DNA of 64,000 nt. Source: Thermoanaerobaculia bacterium (lineage in GTDB: Bacteria; Acidobacteriota; Thermoanaerobaculia; UBA5066). The stretch's first letter is position 1. Every line of letters starts with the position of its first letter. The position numbers were made by a program, and so were the translations under genes. The notes under the pieces were generated by a model. That model was not told where the DNA came from, did no database searches, and saw nothing but the letters and a program-made list of their open reading frames with translations. The stretch lies in NCBI GenBank assembly GCA_048500275.1, contig JASNYI010000002.1, forward strand, positions 144,784 to 208,783, given 5' to 3'. This document shows positions 31,170 through 40,087 of the stretch, piece after piece.

Positions 31170-34100
31170 TCAGCCCGTCCCGCCGAGGAGCTCGAAGCGC
31201 GTCCGGCTCTGCACCGCCTCGATGGCGGCGAAGCCCTGCTTGAGGAGCGTGAGCTCGGTGGCGGAGAGGCGGGCGAGCGGGACCAGGTTGTCGGGCGCCT
31301 GGCCCGCAAGTACCTGCGACACCTGGTGGCGCAGCCTGAGGCGCATCATCAGGTCGAAGGCCGCGACGACGTCGTCACAGGTGGCGGCCGGGAGCGCCTC
31401 GAGGCCGACGAGCCCCTTCAGCCGCCCGGTGGTGCTGCTCTCGGCGAGACCGTGCCGGAGCGCGAAGACGCGGGCGAAGGTCGCGATGGGGAGCGCGGCG
31501 TCCTTGAGGTCGAGGCGGCCGGCGTGCTCCCCTCCCGCGCCGCCCGGCAGGATCCTCCCGAAGAGGCGCACCGGCGGGCGGAACTCCAGGGAGCTCTGCG
31601 CGAGGCGCGGCAGGAAGTCGGGGGCGGCGCCGACCGTCGCGTGGATGTCCCGACGCAGGTCCGTCACCAGGGCGCCGTTGCCGGTCACCGCCCGGAGGTC
31701 GAAGAAGATGCTCAGCTCGACGAGCTGCCTGGGGGTCGATTCGCGGATCCAGCGCCGGAAGGTCTCCTTCCAGGCGTCGAGCGAGAGGCACCAGGCCGGG
31801 TTGCTGGCCATGACGTCGCCGCGGCAAGCCCGGTAGCCGGCCTGGTCCAGCCAGCCGCACGCGAGCCGGCCGAGGCGGGTGAAGTAGCCCCTCAGGGCGT
31901 CCTCGTCGGCTCCCTCCGGCGGGGCGAAGACGATGGCGTTGTCCTGGTCGGTCGCGAGCGTCTGCTCGTGACGGGCCTGGCTCCCCATGGCGAAGAAGGC
32001 GAAGTCGCACGGGGGCGGGCCGAGCTCGGTCGTGGCGAGGGCGACGAGCCGCTCGCCGGCGGCGTCGGAGACCGAGGCGATCATCCGCGTGAGGTGCCGC
32101 GGCAGGGCGTCGCAGCGCAGGAGCGTCGCCACGAGGCCCGCCGTCCGCCGGCAGAGGCGCACGACCTCCTCGACCGTCCCGGCGCGGGCGATCTCCCGGG
32201 CCAGGACGAGCGCCCCGTAGCTCTGGAACTGCAGCAGCGTCGCGACGTCGACGGCGCCGACGACCTGCCCCTCGGCGTCCTCTACCACGAGGTGGCGGAC
32301 GCGGTGCTCCTCCATCGCCTGGAGGGCCTCGTACACCGGGGCGTCGTCGAGGAGGGTGTGGAGCGGTGCGGACATGACGCGGCGCACGGGCGCCCGGGCG
32401 TCGCCGAGAGCGGCGGAGAGGCCGCGCCGGATCTCCCGGTCGGTCACGAGGCCCAGCGGCTCGCCCTTCTCGGACTGGACGACGACGGCGGTCGTCGAGG
32501 CGGGGGAGAGCATCTCGGCCGCCGCGACGACCGTCGTGTCGGGGAGGCAGAACGCCACCGGGTGGACGACCTCCCGCACGGGCTCGGAGAGGAACGAGAG
32601 CGAGCTGCGCAGCCGTTCGAGCATCGCGTCCCTCTCGGCGTCCTGCCGGGTCCGCGCCGTCACGTCCTGAAGGACGGCGTCGACGAAGGCGGGCTCTCCG
32701 GCCTCGTCCCGGGCGAGAGAGGCCGTGAGTGCGAGCGCCCTGGCCTCGCCGTCCAGCGTCGCGACGTAGAGGGTGCGGCGCGCCACCTCTTCCGCGAGGA
32801 GCTCCTCGCGGAGCGTGTCGAGGTCGCGGTCGTCGGTCAGGAGGTCGGCCAGGGCGGGCGGGTCGTCGCCGGCCGCGCCCCGAAGCGAGCCCAGGATCGC
32901 GGCGGCCGCCGGGTTCGCTTCGACGATCGCGCCGCGCCGCGCGAACCGGGCCCGGAGAAGACCCATCGGGACGCCGCGGGCGACGGGCCCGAGGTCGGAG
33001 GCGTCCGGGGCGCCGGCCCGCCCGCGCGGGGAGCCCGCCGACACCTCGCGCGCGTTCAGGATGAAGCCACGTTCTCCGGCGAAGGTGATCGCCGAGACCG
33101 AAAGGACGCACTCGACGAGCCGGCCGTCCCGGCTCCGGAGGGCGCCGTCCACGCTCCCGGCGACGTCCTCGCCGTCGTTCACGCGCGCCACGGCCGACCA
33201 GACCCTCTCGTTCCCCGACCCGGAGGGGAGGAGGTCCTCGAGGTCGTAGAGCTCGAGCTCCGCGGCCGAGTAGCCGAGGAGGCGCAGGAGGACGGGGTTG
33301 GCGTACCGGAGCCGCCCGTCGAGGACGAGGAGCGTCCCTTCCGTGGCGGCCTCGACGAGCGACCGGTAGCGTCGCGTCGACCTCCTCAGCCCGTCCTCGG
33401 CGCGCGAGCGTTCCCGCTCGAGGGCGAGCCCTTCCCGCATGACCCAGCCGAGGAGGAGCGCGAGGAGCGCGGCGATGCCGAGGGCCACCCGGTACCCGTT
33501 CCGCTCGATCCTCGCGATCTCGGCCTTCACGTCGTCGAGGTAGAGGCCCGTCCCGATGACCCATCCCCACGGCGCGAAGCCCCGGACGTAGGACTCCTTC
33601 GGAGCCATCCGCCCCGGGTCGTCCTTCCACTGCCAGACGTACTCGATGGTGCCCTCGCCCTGCCGGCGGACGAGCTGCGCGAACTCGACGAAGATGCGTA
33701 CGCCCCGCGGGTCGCGAAATTCGGAGACGTCCTGCCCTTCGAGGTCCCGGCGCCAGGGGTGCATGACGATGCGCGGGTGCATGTCCTGCAGCCAGAAGTA
33801 GTCCTTTCCCTCGCGGCCGTAGCGCAGGGCTGAGATCCGGGCGCGGGCCAGCTCCTGCGCCTGGGCACGGTCGTAGCGCCCTTCCCGCTCCCCGGCCTCG
33901 ATCTCGGCGAGGAGGCTGAAGGCCGAGGCGACGAGCTCGCGGATCGTCTCCCGCTTGCGGTCGAGGAGAGAGCGCTCGAACGACGGGAGGAGGAAACCGA
34001 AGATGGCCGCGACGAAGAGCGCCAGGGCGAGGAGCGATGGCAGGAGGATGTGGAGGGCGAAGTGGCGCCGCATCGACCGGCGTGTCGTCGATTCGGCGGG

Positions 34101-34868
34101 TCCGGCCTCGTCCGGGGTGCCCGGGGCCTTCGGACCGGGGACCCTGAGCAGGCTCCGGAAGTCCTTCCAGGCGTCCACCGGCACCTCGACGCCGAGCCTC
34201 TCGTTCTCCTCGGGGCCGTGGACGTCCGACCCGGCGCTCACCGCCAGTCCGAGCTCGCGGGCGAGACCGGCGAGCTCGGACTGGCGGGACCCGGAGTAGC
34301 CGGAGTAGCGGGCCTCGAGGCCGTCGAGGCCGAGCTCTTTCAGGCGCACCAGGAGCGGGCGGAGGCTCTCGACGTCGGGACGGACCGTGAAGGGGTGCGC
34401 CAGGAAGACCCGTCCCCCGGCGTCGTGGAGGAGGCGGATCGCCGCCTCGGCGGAGATCCGTCCGCTCGCGGCTCCGCCGGGGCGCTCTGCGCCTCCCGTC
34501 GCGGGACGGTCGAGACGGCGCAGGGCGTCGGCGAGGCTCCCGTTCTCGGGCTCGGCGCTCGGCGGGTGCCTGCCCCACGTTTCGACGATGCCGGGATCCG
34601 CCGGGTCGAAACCCCAGGAGAGCAGGTGGATCTCCTCCTCGCCGAAGGAGACCGTCGCCTCGAGCCCGGGGACGAAGGCGACGCCGCGGCGCGCGAGCGC
34701 CTCGCGGAACGCGGGGAGCCCCTCCACGGTGTCGTGGTCGGTCAGCGACGCGACGACGACCCCCGAGTCGGCCAGCTGGTCGGCCAGCGCCTCGGGCCCG
34801 AGGGCGCCGTCGCTGGCGGTCGAGTGGCAGTGCAGCTCGACGCGGATCGTGGCCCGGTCCGTCGTCAT
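31170..34868 (-). CDS. PHP phosphoesterase - TM - sCache_2 - TM - PAS - PAS - CBS pair - DUF294 nucleotidyltransferase - DUF294_C fusion protein
   Basis: PHP: ELHCHSTASDG, LTDHDT, GLEA, IHLL, LAHP, GSDVHG. Cache: ALRYGREGKDYFW...VMHP...WGWVIGTGLYLDD. Two PAS-like segments, a CBS pair, and NTase MGSQARHEQTLATDQDN. One uninterrupted 1232-aa ORF. Confidence 0.9.
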   Translation of the reverse strand: MTTDRATIRVELHCHSTASDGALGPEALADQLADSGVVVASLTDHDTVEGLPAFREALARRGVAFVPGLEATVSFGEEEIHLLSWGFDPADPGIVETWGRHPPSAEPENGSLADALRRLDRPATGGAERPGGAASGRISAEAAIRLLHDAGGRVFLAHPFTVRPDVESLRPLLVRLKELGLDGLEARYSGYSGSRQSELAGLARELGLAVSAGSDVHGPEENERLGVEVPVDAWKDFRSLLRVPGPKAPGTPDEAGPAESTTRRSMRRHFALHILLPSLLALALFVAAIFGFLLPSFERSLLDRKRETIRELVASAFSLLAEIEAGEREGRYDRAQAQELARARISALRYGREGKDYFWLQDMHPRIVMHPWRRDLEGQDVSEFRDPRGVRIFVEFAQLVRRQGEGTIEYVWQWKDDPGRMAPKESYVRGFAPWGWVIGTGLYLDDVKAEIARIERNGYRVALGIAALLALLLGWVMREGLALERERSRAEDGLRRSTRRYRSLVEAATEGTLLVLDGRLRYANPVLLRLLGYSAAELELYDLEDLLPSGSGNERVWSAVARVNDGEDVAGSVDGALRSRDGRLVECVLSVSAITFAGERGFILNAREVSAGSPRGRAGAPDASDLGPVARGVPMGLLRARFARRGAIVEANPAAAAILGSLRGAAGDDPPALADLLTDDRDLDTLREELLAEEVARRTLYVATLDGEARALALTASLARDEAGEPAFVDAVLQDVTARTRQDAERDAMLERLRSSLSFLSEPVREVVHPVAFCLPDTTVVAAAEMLSPASTTAVVVQSEKGEPLGLVTDREIRRGLSAALGDARAPVRRVMSAPLHTLLDDAPVYEALQAMEEHRVRHLVVEDAEGQVVGAVDVATLLQFQSYGALVLAREIARAGTVEEVVRLCRRTAGLVATLLRCDALPRHLTRMIASVSDAAGERLVALATTELGPPPCDFAFFAMGSQARHEQTLATDQDNAIVFAPPEGADEDALRGYFTRLGRLACGWLDQAGYRACRGDVMASNPAWCLSLDAWKETFRRWIRESTPRQLVELSIFFDLRAVTGNGALVTDLRRDIHATVGAAPDFLPRLAQSSLEFRPPVRLFGRILPGGAGGEHAGRLDLKDAALPIATFARVFALRHGLAESSTTGRLKGLVGLEALPAATCDDVVAAFDLMMRLRLRHQVSQVLAGQAPDNLVPLARLSATELTLLKQGFAAIEAVQSRTRFELLGGTG

Positions 34869-35158
34869 CTCCCGGCGGCCCTCCCGATTCGTCCCGGTCT
34901 CACCGTCCGACTCCTCTCACGTCCCGGTCGTCGCGAGCGGAACGGACAACTGTACTGCGAACGGGGGCCGGCGTCGCGGAGATGCGCCCACGGCCGGGCC
35001 CCGGTCCCGGCGACGGGCCCGGGGCACCGACGGCTCTGCGCTCTCCCGGAGCGGCGGGCCTAGAATGGCCGGGACGCGGCTTGTGCGAGGCGGGACGCGG
35101 GGATCGCGACCGTCGCCCCTTCGGACGCGGAGGCAGGGATGACCGAACGGAGGAGGAC

Positions 35159-36619
35159 GTGACGGCCCACGGCGGGACGGTCCTCGTCGTCGACGACGAC
35201 CCCGTGAACCGGGCGATCCTCGTCGGGAGCCTCGAGGCCCAGGGGTACGCCGCCGGAGTCGCCTCCGACGGGCGCGAAGCGCTCCGGGAGCTTCGACTCG
35301 GCGGGTACGACGTCGTCCTCCTCGACCTCGTCATGCCGGTGATGGACGGTTTCGAGGTCCTCCGGACGATGAAGGAGGACGAGAGGCTGCGCTCGCTCCC
35401 CGTCATCGTCGTCTCGGCGCTCGAGGAGATGGAGAGCGTCGTCCGCTGTATCGAGATGGGGGCGGCCGACTTCCTCGCCAAGCCCTTCGACCCGGTCCTG
35501 CTCCGGGCGCGGCTGAAGTCGTCGCTCGCGGCCAAGCGGCTCGACGACGTCCTCCTCGCGCACGTGGCCGAGATCGAGGGGCTGGCCGAGCAGCTGAAGG
35601 TGAGGAACCGCTTCATCCAGGAGACGTTCGGCCGCTACCTCTCCGACGCCGTGGTGGCGGAGATCCTGGAGTCGCCGGACGGACTCAGGCTCGGCGGCGA
35701 GAAGCGGACCGTGACCATGCTCATGTCCGACCTCCGGGGCTTCTCGGCGATGGCCGAGCGGCTCGCGCCGGAGCAGGTCGTGAGGGTCATCAACAACTAC
35801 CTCGGGACGATGGCCGACGTCATCCTCGAGCACGACGGCACGATCGACGAGTTCATCGGCGACTCGGTCCTCGGGTTCTTCGGGGCTCCCGTGGCGCGGG
35901 CCGACGACCCGCGCCGGGCCGTCTCCTGCGCCCTCGCGATGCAGAAGGGGATGGAGCGCGTGAACCGCCGCAACCGCGAAGAGGGCCTGCCCGCCGTGGA
36001 GATGGGGATCGCCGTCCACACGGGCGAGGTCGTCGTCGGGAACATCGGCTCGGAGAAGCGGGCCAAGTACGGCGCTGTGGGGAGCCACGTGAACCTGACG
36101 GCGCGCATCGAGGGCTACACCTGCGGCGGGCAGGTCCTGATCTCCGAGCGGACCCTGCGCGAGGCGGGGGTGGGCCTCGTCACCGGGGGCTCGCTCTCCG
36201 TCCGGGCCAAGGGCTTCCCCGAGCCGGTCCGCGTGCACGACCTGCTGGGCCTCGAGGAGGCCCCCCACCTCCACCTCGGGCGCCGGGGCGAGACCCTCTG
36301 GCCCGTCGACCCGCCCCTCGGCGTCGTCTTCACCGTCCTCGAGGGGAAGCGCGTGGGCCGCGACGAGGAGCCGGCCGAGATCGTCGCCCTCTCGGCGCAC
36401 GGAGCCGTGCTCCGGACCACGATGACGATAGAGGCGCTCTCCAACCTGAAGCTGAGGGTGGCCAGCCCGGAGGGACTCCTCCCGGGCGACCTCTACGCGA
36501 AGGTGCTCCTGCCCGCGGAAGGCGCCGCCGGCGTGACCCGCCTCCGATTCACCTCCGTCCCCGCCGAGCTCGAGCCCCTCTTTTCGAGGTTGGGGTCAGG
36601 TCTTGATTTTCTATTGTAG
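35159..36619 (+). CDS. Response-regulated class III nucleotide cyclase (REC + Cya2-like catalytic domain + PilZ-like C-terminus); guanylyl-cyclase-type residues
   Basis: GGAGGAGG RBS, GTG 35159, intact REC. Catalytic motifs [40 protein letters not shown]. Confidence 0.9.
   Translation: MTAHGGTVLVVDDDPVNRAILVGSLEAQGYAAGVASDGREALRELRLGGYDVVLLDLVMPVMDGFEVLRTMKEDERLRSLPVIVVSALEEMESVVRCIEMGAADFLAKPFDPVLLRARLKSSLAAKRLDDVLLAHVAEIEGLAEQLKVRNRFIQETFGRYLSDAVVAEILESPDGLRLGGEKRTVTMLMSDLRGFSAMAERLAPEQVVRVINNYLGTMADVILEHDGTIDEFIGDSVLGFFGAPVARADDPRRAVSCALAMQKGMERVNRRNREEGLPAVEMGIAVHTGEVVVGNIGSEKRAKYGAVGSHVNLTARIEGYTCGGQVLISERTLREAGVGLVTGGSLSVRAKGFPEPVRVHDLLGLEEAPHLHLGRRGETLWPVDPPLGVVFTVLEGKRVGRDEEPAEIVALSAHGAVLRTTMTIEALSNLKLRVASPEGLLPGDLYAKVLLPAEGAAGVTRLRFTSVPAELEPLFSRLGSGLDFLL
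36592..36615 (-). repeat. 24-bp end motif, copy 1 (left end, inverted relative to copies 2 and 3)
   Basis: GGGGTCAGGTCTTGATTTTCTATT is the reverse complement of AATAGAAAATCAAGACCTGACCCC. Confidence 0.9.
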
Positions 36620-36628
36620 AATCCCGGC

Positions 36629-37576
36629 ATGGCACGACCGCTGAGGCTCGAGCACCCCGGGGCCCTCTGGCACGTCACCGCGCGCGGCAACGAGCGGGGC
36701 GACGTCTTTCGCGACGACGCCGACCGGCGCGAGTTCCTCACCGTCCTCGGGAGGACGGTGACGATCTACGGCTGGCGCCTTCACGCGTACGTCCTGATGG
36801 GAAACCACTACCACCTCCTCGTCGAGACGCCCGAGCCGACGCTCTCTCGCGGGATGCGCGACCTGAACGGCGTCACGACGCAGCGCTTCAACCGGCGCCA
36901 CGGCCGCGCCGGTCACCTCTTCGAGGGGCGCTTCAAGGCGATCCTCGTCGAGAGAGAAGCGCACCTGCTCGAGGTCCTGCGCTACGTCGTCCTGAACCCC
37001 GTGCGGATCGGGCTCGTACGCTCGCCGGCGGCCTGGCCCTGGTCGAGCTACAAGGCGACGGCGGGCCTCGTCGAGGCCCCCGAGTGGCTCGAGACGGAGT
37101 GGACGCTCGAGCAGTTCGGCCGGCGGCCGGCGGAGGCGCGGCGCCGGTTCGCCGCCTTCGTGGCCGACGGGAAGGGCGCGGCGGGGTACGAGCCGTGGAG
37201 CCAGCTCCGCGGGCAGGTGTTCCTCGGCTCCGAAGGGTTCGCGCGGGAGGTGAGCCGGAAGGCGGGCCGGAAGGCGGCGCCGAAGGAGGTCCCGCGGGCC
37301 CAGCGCGAACCGGTGACGCGGGCGCCGGAAGACGTCGCGGCGGCCTTCGCGGCGGCCCGGAGGTGTTCCGTCGAGGAGCTCGTGGCAGCACCGCGCAAGC
37401 GGCTGGTCGACCGGGCGCTGCTCGCCTGGGCGCTCCGCTGCCGAGCCCGGGCCCCGCTCGCCGCGATCGCCGGGATCCTCGACGTCGGCATCGCGCAGGC
37501 CTCGGTCCTCGTCCGCCGGGGCGAGACCCTCTCGGCGGAGGACCCGAAGCTCGCGGCGGTGGTGGAGAAGCTCTGA
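36629..37576 (+). CDS. HUH endonuclease / Y1 transposase (TnpA IS200/RAYT-related) with C-terminal HTH extension
   Basis: MARPLR...[13 protein letters not shown] motif [22 protein letters not shown], catalytic Tyr in [16 protein letters not shown]-terminal HTH-like segment. Confidence 0.92.
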   Translation: MARPLRLEHPGALWHVTARGNERGDVFRDDADRREFLTVLGRTVTIYGWRLHAYVLMGNHYHLLVETPEPTLSRGMRDLNGVTTQRFNRRHGRAGHLFEGRFKAILVEREAHLLEVLRYVVLNPVRIGLVRSPAAWPWSSYKATAGLVEAPEWLETEWTLEQFGRRPAEARRRFAAFVADGKGAAGYEPWSQLRGQVFLGSEGFAREVSRKAGRKAAPKEVPRAQREPVTRAPEDVAAAFAAARRCSVEELVAAPRKRLVDRALLAWALRCRARAPLAAIAGILDVGIAQASVLVRRGETLSAEDPKLAAVVEKL

Positions 37577-38139
37577 TGACCCCGGACCGCCGGCCCCCGG
37601 CTGCCAGCAGTGGCCCGGTCGGCGAGCGCGGCCTCGTCGTCGTCCGGGGGGACATCACGCTCGAGGCGGTCGACGCCATCGTGAACGCCGCGAACCCCTC
37701 GCTCCTCGGGGGCGGGGGCGTCGACGGGGCGATCCACCGCGCCGCCGGGCCGGAGCTTCTCGAGGAGTGCCGCGGTCTCGGCGGATGCCCGCCGGGCGAG
37801 GCACGGATGACGAAGGGCTACAGCCTCCCGGCGCGGCACGTGATCCACACGGTCGGTCCGGTCTGGGAACGCGGCACGGCCGGGGAGGACGAGACCCTCG
37901 CGAGCTGCTACCGCGAGTCGCTCCGGCTCGCGGAGGAGGCGGGGCTCTCGAGCGTGGCCTTCCCGTCGATCTCGACCGGCATCTACGGATTCCCCGTCGA
38001 GCGGGCGGCCCGCGTCGCCGTCCGTGAGGTCCGCACCTTTCTCGCCGTGGCGAGGAGCGTCCACCTCGTGAAGATCGTGACGTTCAGCGCGCACGACCTC
38101 GAGGTCTACGGCGCCGCGGCCGCCCGGTCTTCGCTGTAA
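37576..38139 (+). CDS. Macrodomain O-acetyl-ADP-ribose deacetylase / ADP-ribosyl hydrolase (YmdB-like)
   Basis: [60 protein letters not shown] overlap with the transposase stop. Confidence 0.93.
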   Translation: MTPDRRPPAASSGPVGERGLVVVRGDITLEAVDAIVNAANPSLLGGGGVDGAIHRAAGPELLEECRGLGGCPPGEARMTKGYSLPARHVIHTVGPVWERGTAGEDETLASCYRESLRLAEEAGLSSVAFPSISTGIYGFPVERAARVAVREVRTFLAVARSVHLVKIVTFSAHDLEVYGAAAARSSL

Positions 38140-38161
38140 TGGAAAATCAAGACCTGACCCC
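38138..38161 (+). repeat. 24-bp end motif, copy 2
   Basis: AATGGAAAATCAAGACCTGACCCC, 23/24 identical to copies 1 and 3. The single difference creates the ATG at 38139. Confidence 0.9.
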
Positions 38162-38807
38162 GTTCCTCGTCGCCGGGGCGAGCGGGCTCGTGGGGCGGGC
38201 GCTCGTGGGGCGGATGCTCGCGGACGATGGGGGGCCGCCCGTCGTGGCCGTCGTGCGGCGGCCCCTGGGCTTTGCCGAGCCCCGGCTGTCCGAGGTCGTG
38301 GCCGACTTCGGGCGGCTGGATGCGGCTCGGGTGCCGCGCGCGCGCACGGCCTTCTGCGCGCTCGGGACGACGATGGCGAAGGCCGGGTCGGAGGCGGCGT
38401 TCCGGGCGGTCGACCTCGACGCCGTCGTCGCGTTCGCACGGCTCGCGCAACGCGCCGGGGCGGCCCGCTTCCTCCTCGTCAGCTCGCTCGGCGCCGACCC
38501 GCGCTCGCGCGTCTTCTACAGCCGGGTGAAGGGCGAGGCCGAGGAGGCGGTGAAGTCCGTCGGGTTCGAGGGCGTCGCGCTCTTCCGGCCGTCGCTGCTC
38601 CTCGGGGAGCGCGAGGAGAGCCGTCCGGCCGAGAGGGCCGCTGCGCTCGCGTCGGGCCTCTTCTCCTGGACGATGGCCGGGCCGCTCGCGCGCTGGAAGC
38701 CGGTCGAAGCGTCCGCGGTCGCCGCGGCGATGCTCGCGGTGTCCGGCGGGGTGCTCGAGGGCGTGCGCGTCGTCGAGAACGACGAGATCCACCGGCTCTC
38801 GGCGTAG
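38139..38807 (+). CDS. NAD(P)-binding oxidoreductase / epimerase (YraR/TIP30-like)
   Basis: Rossmann motif VAGASGLVG, AFCALGTTMAKAGS, VSSLGAD, YSRVKGEAE, RPSLLLG. TAATG overlap with the macrodomain stop. Confidence 0.9.
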   Translation: MENQDLTPFLVAGASGLVGRALVGRMLADDGGPPVVAVVRRPLGFAEPRLSEVVADFGRLDAARVPRARTAFCALGTTMAKAGSEAAFRAVDLDAVVAFARLAQRAGAARFLLVSSLGADPRSRVFYSRVKGEAEEAVKSVGFEGVALFRPSLLLGEREESRPAERAAALASGLFSWTMAGPLARWKPVEASAVAAAMLAVSGGVLEGVRVVENDEIHRLSA

Positions 38808-38823
38808 GCAGGGGCCGCTGTAG

Positions 38824-38847
38824 AATAGAAAATCAAGACCTGACCCC
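38824..38847 (+). repeat. 24-bp end motif, copy 3
   Basis: AATAGAAAATCAAGACCTGACCCC, a 24/24 inverted match to copy 1. Confidence 0.9.
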
Positions 38848-38882
38848 AGCCCTTGGCTAGAATGTGCGTCAGGGAGATACGT

Positions 38883-39644
38883 ATGTCGAGCGACACCCCG
38901 GGATACCCTCCGGCTCCGCCCGCGCCTCCTCTGCCGCCCCCGCCTCCGCCCGCGGGGGGCGGATGGGTCCCGCCGCCCTACGGCGGCACGCCGGCGGAGG
39001 GGCTCCCGTGGGAGCGCCGCGCCGAGCTGGGCTTCCTGAACGCCTTCGTCGAGACGATCAAGCTCTTCGTCACGAACCCGGCCGAGGCCTGGAGGGTGAC
39101 GAAGGAGAAGGGCGACTACGCCGAGCCGCTCATCTTCGCGATCCTCGTCTCGTGGATCGGCATCGCCGTCTCGAGCGTCTGGAACGGCCTCTTCGGCCAG
39201 GCCTGGACGGCGTTCCTCCCGGCCGAGATGAAGGAGCAGATGGGAGGGGCGTTCGCGACGAACACGGGGATGCTCCTGATCCAGGTCGGCCTCGCCCCGA
39301 TCTTCGTCCTGATCGGCCTCTTCGTCGGCGCGGCGATTTACCACGTGAGCTTCATGGTCGTCGGCGCCACCAAGGACTCGACCTCGGGCTTCGAGGGGAC
39401 GTTCCGGGCCGTCTCGTACGCTTCGGTCTCGAGCCTCGCGAACGTCATTCCGTTCGTCGGGGGCCTCGCCTCGGTCGTCTGGAACCTGATCCTCGTGGTG
39501 ATGGGGGTGGTCCGGCTCCACCGGACGACGCAGGGAAAGGCGATCGCGGGGGTCCTGATCCCGCTCCTCCTCTGCTGCGTCTGCATCGCGGTCGCCGTCG
39601 CCCTGGCCATCGGGGGCCTGGCCGCGGCCTTCGCGAACCGCTGA
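38883..39644 (+). CDS. Yip1 family membrane protein with Pro-rich N-terminus
   Basis: LPWE...AFVETIKLFVTNPAEAW, FEGTFRAVSY, NVIPFVGG; about 5 TM helices. Confidence 0.85.
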   Translation: MSSDTPGYPPAPPAPPLPPPPPPAGGGWVPPPYGGTPAEGLPWERRAELGFLNAFVETIKLFVTNPAEAWRVTKEKGDYAEPLIFAILVSWIGIAVSSVWNGLFGQAWTAFLPAEMKEQMGGAFATNTGMLLIQVGLAPIFVLIGLFVGAAIYHVSFMVVGATKDSTSGFEGTFRAVSYASVSSLANVIPFVGGLASVVWNLILVVMGVVRLHRTTQGKAIAGVLIPLLLCCVCIAVAVALAIGGLAAAFANR

Positions 39645-39648
39645 GGCG

Positions 39649-40080
39649 ATGGGGGAGACCGCCGGAGGGGCTTCCGGCGCCTCGCGGCGTTCTCCCGCCG
39701 TCCAGCTCGGCCTGCTCTGGGGGGCGGCCGCCGTCTCGGCGGCGGCCCTCGCGCTCGCGGCGCCGGGGATCGTCTCCCGGGCCGCTTCGGCCCTCCCGCC
39801 CTGCCCCGTGAAGGCGCTTTCCGGGATCCCGTGCCCGGCGTGCGGGAGCGGGCGGGCGACGTCGGCCCTCGCGAACCTCGACGCCGCGGCGGCCTTCGCC
39901 TCGAACCCACTCTTCACGGCGGCCGCGCTCGCCTTCGGCGCGGGAGGGCTCCTGGCGCTCGGTCTCGCCCTCGCCGGGCGCGGCGTTCCGGAGCCGAGGA
40001 CGCTCCCCGTTGCCGTCCGGGCCGTCCTCGTCCTCGCCGTCGCCGCGAACTGGGTCTGGCTCTTCCTCGATGGGAGATGA
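39649..40080 (+). CDS. DUF2752 family membrane protein
   Basis: CPVKALSGIPCPACGSGRA...AFASNPL signature. Confidence 0.85.
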   Translation: MGETAGGASGASRRSPAVQLGLLWGAAAVSAAALALAAPGIVSRAASALPPCPVKALSGIPCPACGSGRATSALANLDAAAAFASNPLFTAAALAFGAGGLLALGLALAGRGVPEPRTLPVAVRAVLVLAVAANWVWLFLDGR

Positions 40081-40087
40081 TGGCGCC

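Larger units (their letters stand above)
36592..38847 (+). mobile_element. Putative HUH(Y1)-transposase element with inverted 24-bp ends and cargo genes; two alternative right ends (38161, 38847)
   Basis: Y1 transposase gene 13 bp inside copy 1; inverted copies at 38138-38161 and 38824-38847 enclose the macrodomain and oxidoreductase genes. Confidence 0.55.

Noticed and set aside
35072-35130. Three GGACGCGG direct repeats in the cyclase leader (35072, 35093, 35123)
   Set aside because: A short all-GC-rich 8-mer with irregular spacing (21, 30 nt); easily chance at this base composition.
36589-38164. GTT direct repeat flanking the 36592-38161 unit as a target-site duplication; precise removal would fuse cyclase and oxidoreductase in frame
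   Set aside because: Only 3 bp, absent at the second right end, and HUH transposases are not known to make TSDs; the in-frame fusion is plausibly coincidence.
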